Below, one piece after another: positions 63,182 to 64,000 of a stretch of 64,000 bases of DNA. Below the pieces are notes generated by a model. The model was given only the letters and a program-made list of their open reading frames with translations. It was not told the DNA's origin and did no database searches. This stretch comes from a virus (taxonomy: Duplodnaviria > Caudoviricetes). The translations under genes and the position numbers were made by a program. The stretch is taken from positions 1 to 64,000 of the IMG/VR virus record IMGVR_UViG_3300012007_000014, one strand, 5' to 3'. The first letter of the stretch is position 1. Each line of letters begins with the position of its first letter.

Positions 63182-64000
63182 TTATGCTGTAGCAATAGAA
63201 GCCTTTAAATCTTCTATCTGCTTATCCATTTTCTTTACTCGAAGCCGGTACCAATTCTCAATCTGTGCAAAGTCCATCCCATTTGGTTCTGTTCTAAAGA
63301 GTCTCCTGTCTGCTTCAATTGCATTCATTGGAATCTTGCGAATAAAGCTTAGGAACTCTCTATAAACATTCTCTTCAGAAAACACGGTTGAGCGCAGATA
63401 TTCATACCTGTCAATTAGTCTTTGGGGATCATAAGTCCAGATCATATGCATTGCTCTGTTGTGACCATCCCAGCCTTTAAGCGATGGAGATCCTTCATCT
63501 GGTCTCCAAAGAAGATTCGGATTTTTAGAATCAGGGCACCAGTTTCCCCAAGTCGTATCAAGGTCGTAAGCGGAAAAGAACCATTTTGTTCCGTCATATG
63601 TCACAAGAAGCCAGTTCTTACCAACATCATCCGCTGCATTAATGAGGGAACTGAAGATCATGTAATCTACAACAGAATCGTAGTCCAAATACTGTGCAGA
63701 AACCTTCTTATAATTTGTATCTTTGTTATCCTTACCAGTGCTATCAACAACAGACTGAATCATGGTATTAAGAGATGCTCTAAACTTTGTGTTATCAGCT
63801 TCATACTTAGACAGATCTTCCTTGTAAGCATCATCATCTACACCCTTGTCATAATCAGAAGGCTTTGGTTTTTCATTTGGAATGCACTCATAAGTCCATG
63901 CAGTCGATTTCCCAGAAACGTCTTCACCTTCTTCTGCGTCCACGACTAAGTTTGCCGCCTTAAATCCACCAGCACCATCTGTTCCAGCACCTTCATTAGA
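63182..64000 (-). CDS. CotH-kinase-domain protein, 5' end outside the window
   Basis: YLD.DS.VDY.IF.......DD.GKNW.L.T.DG.KW....YDLD.TWG; frame stays open to base 64000. Confidence 0.75.
   Translation of the reverse strand, partial: SNEGAGTDGAGGFKAANLVVDAEEGEDVSGKSTAWTYECIPNEKPKPSDYDKGVDDDAYKEDLSKYEADNTKFRASLNTMIQSVVDSTGKDNKDTNYKKVSAQYLDYDSVVDYMIFSSLINAADDVGKNWLLVTYDGTKWFFSAYDLDTTWGNWCPDSKNPNLLWRPDEGSPSLKGWDGHNRAMHMIWTYDPQRLIDRYEYLRSTVFSEENVYREFLSFIRKIPMNAIEADRRLFRTEPNGMDFAQIENWYRLRVKKMDKQIEDLKASIATA

Noticed and set aside
1-64000. Stop-codon reassignment (alternative genetic code)
   Set aside because: Long conserved genes are intact in code 11, TAG/TGA end genes normally, and the tRNA anticodon is UUG, not a suppressor

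Overview
A 64-kb piece of a large, low-GC siphovirus-type dsDNA phage genome. The host is probably a Firmicute (strong AGGAGG ribosome-binding sites, SleB-like and CotH-like genes). Essentially every real gene is on the minus strand; the plus-strand ORFs in the track are antisense shadows. In transcription order (high to low coordinate): CotH-like kinase-domain protein (cut by the window edge); a complete diversity-generating retroelement (C-type-lectin-fold target with VR, avd, TR, RT); a cluster of unknown genes with a holin-like gene; tail genes (major tail, chaperones, basic repeat protein, 3097-aa tape measure, Dit, Tal); a late terminator and an atypical tRNA-Gln; ~35 kb of small accessory genes built from repeated terminator/promoter/RBS units; and a replication/transcription block (helicase-primase-PolB fusion, SSB, SF2 helicase, nucleases, single-chain two-barrel YonO-like RNA polymerase). 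Head, terminase and endolysin genes are not in the window. Best leads: (1) an 11-nt segment of the DGR spacer RNA is complementary to the 3' end of the target gene; (2) about 18 copies of a fixed-spacing, non-sigmaA promoter motif; (3) a short NP(K/D)TG..YT..(E/Q)I module shared by the RNAP and two small proteins; (4) a GGA-rich candidate sponge RNA with its own promoter; (5) an orphan DGR-type target carrying a repeated helical tail. All family assignments come from motif recognition by eye; no database searches were run.
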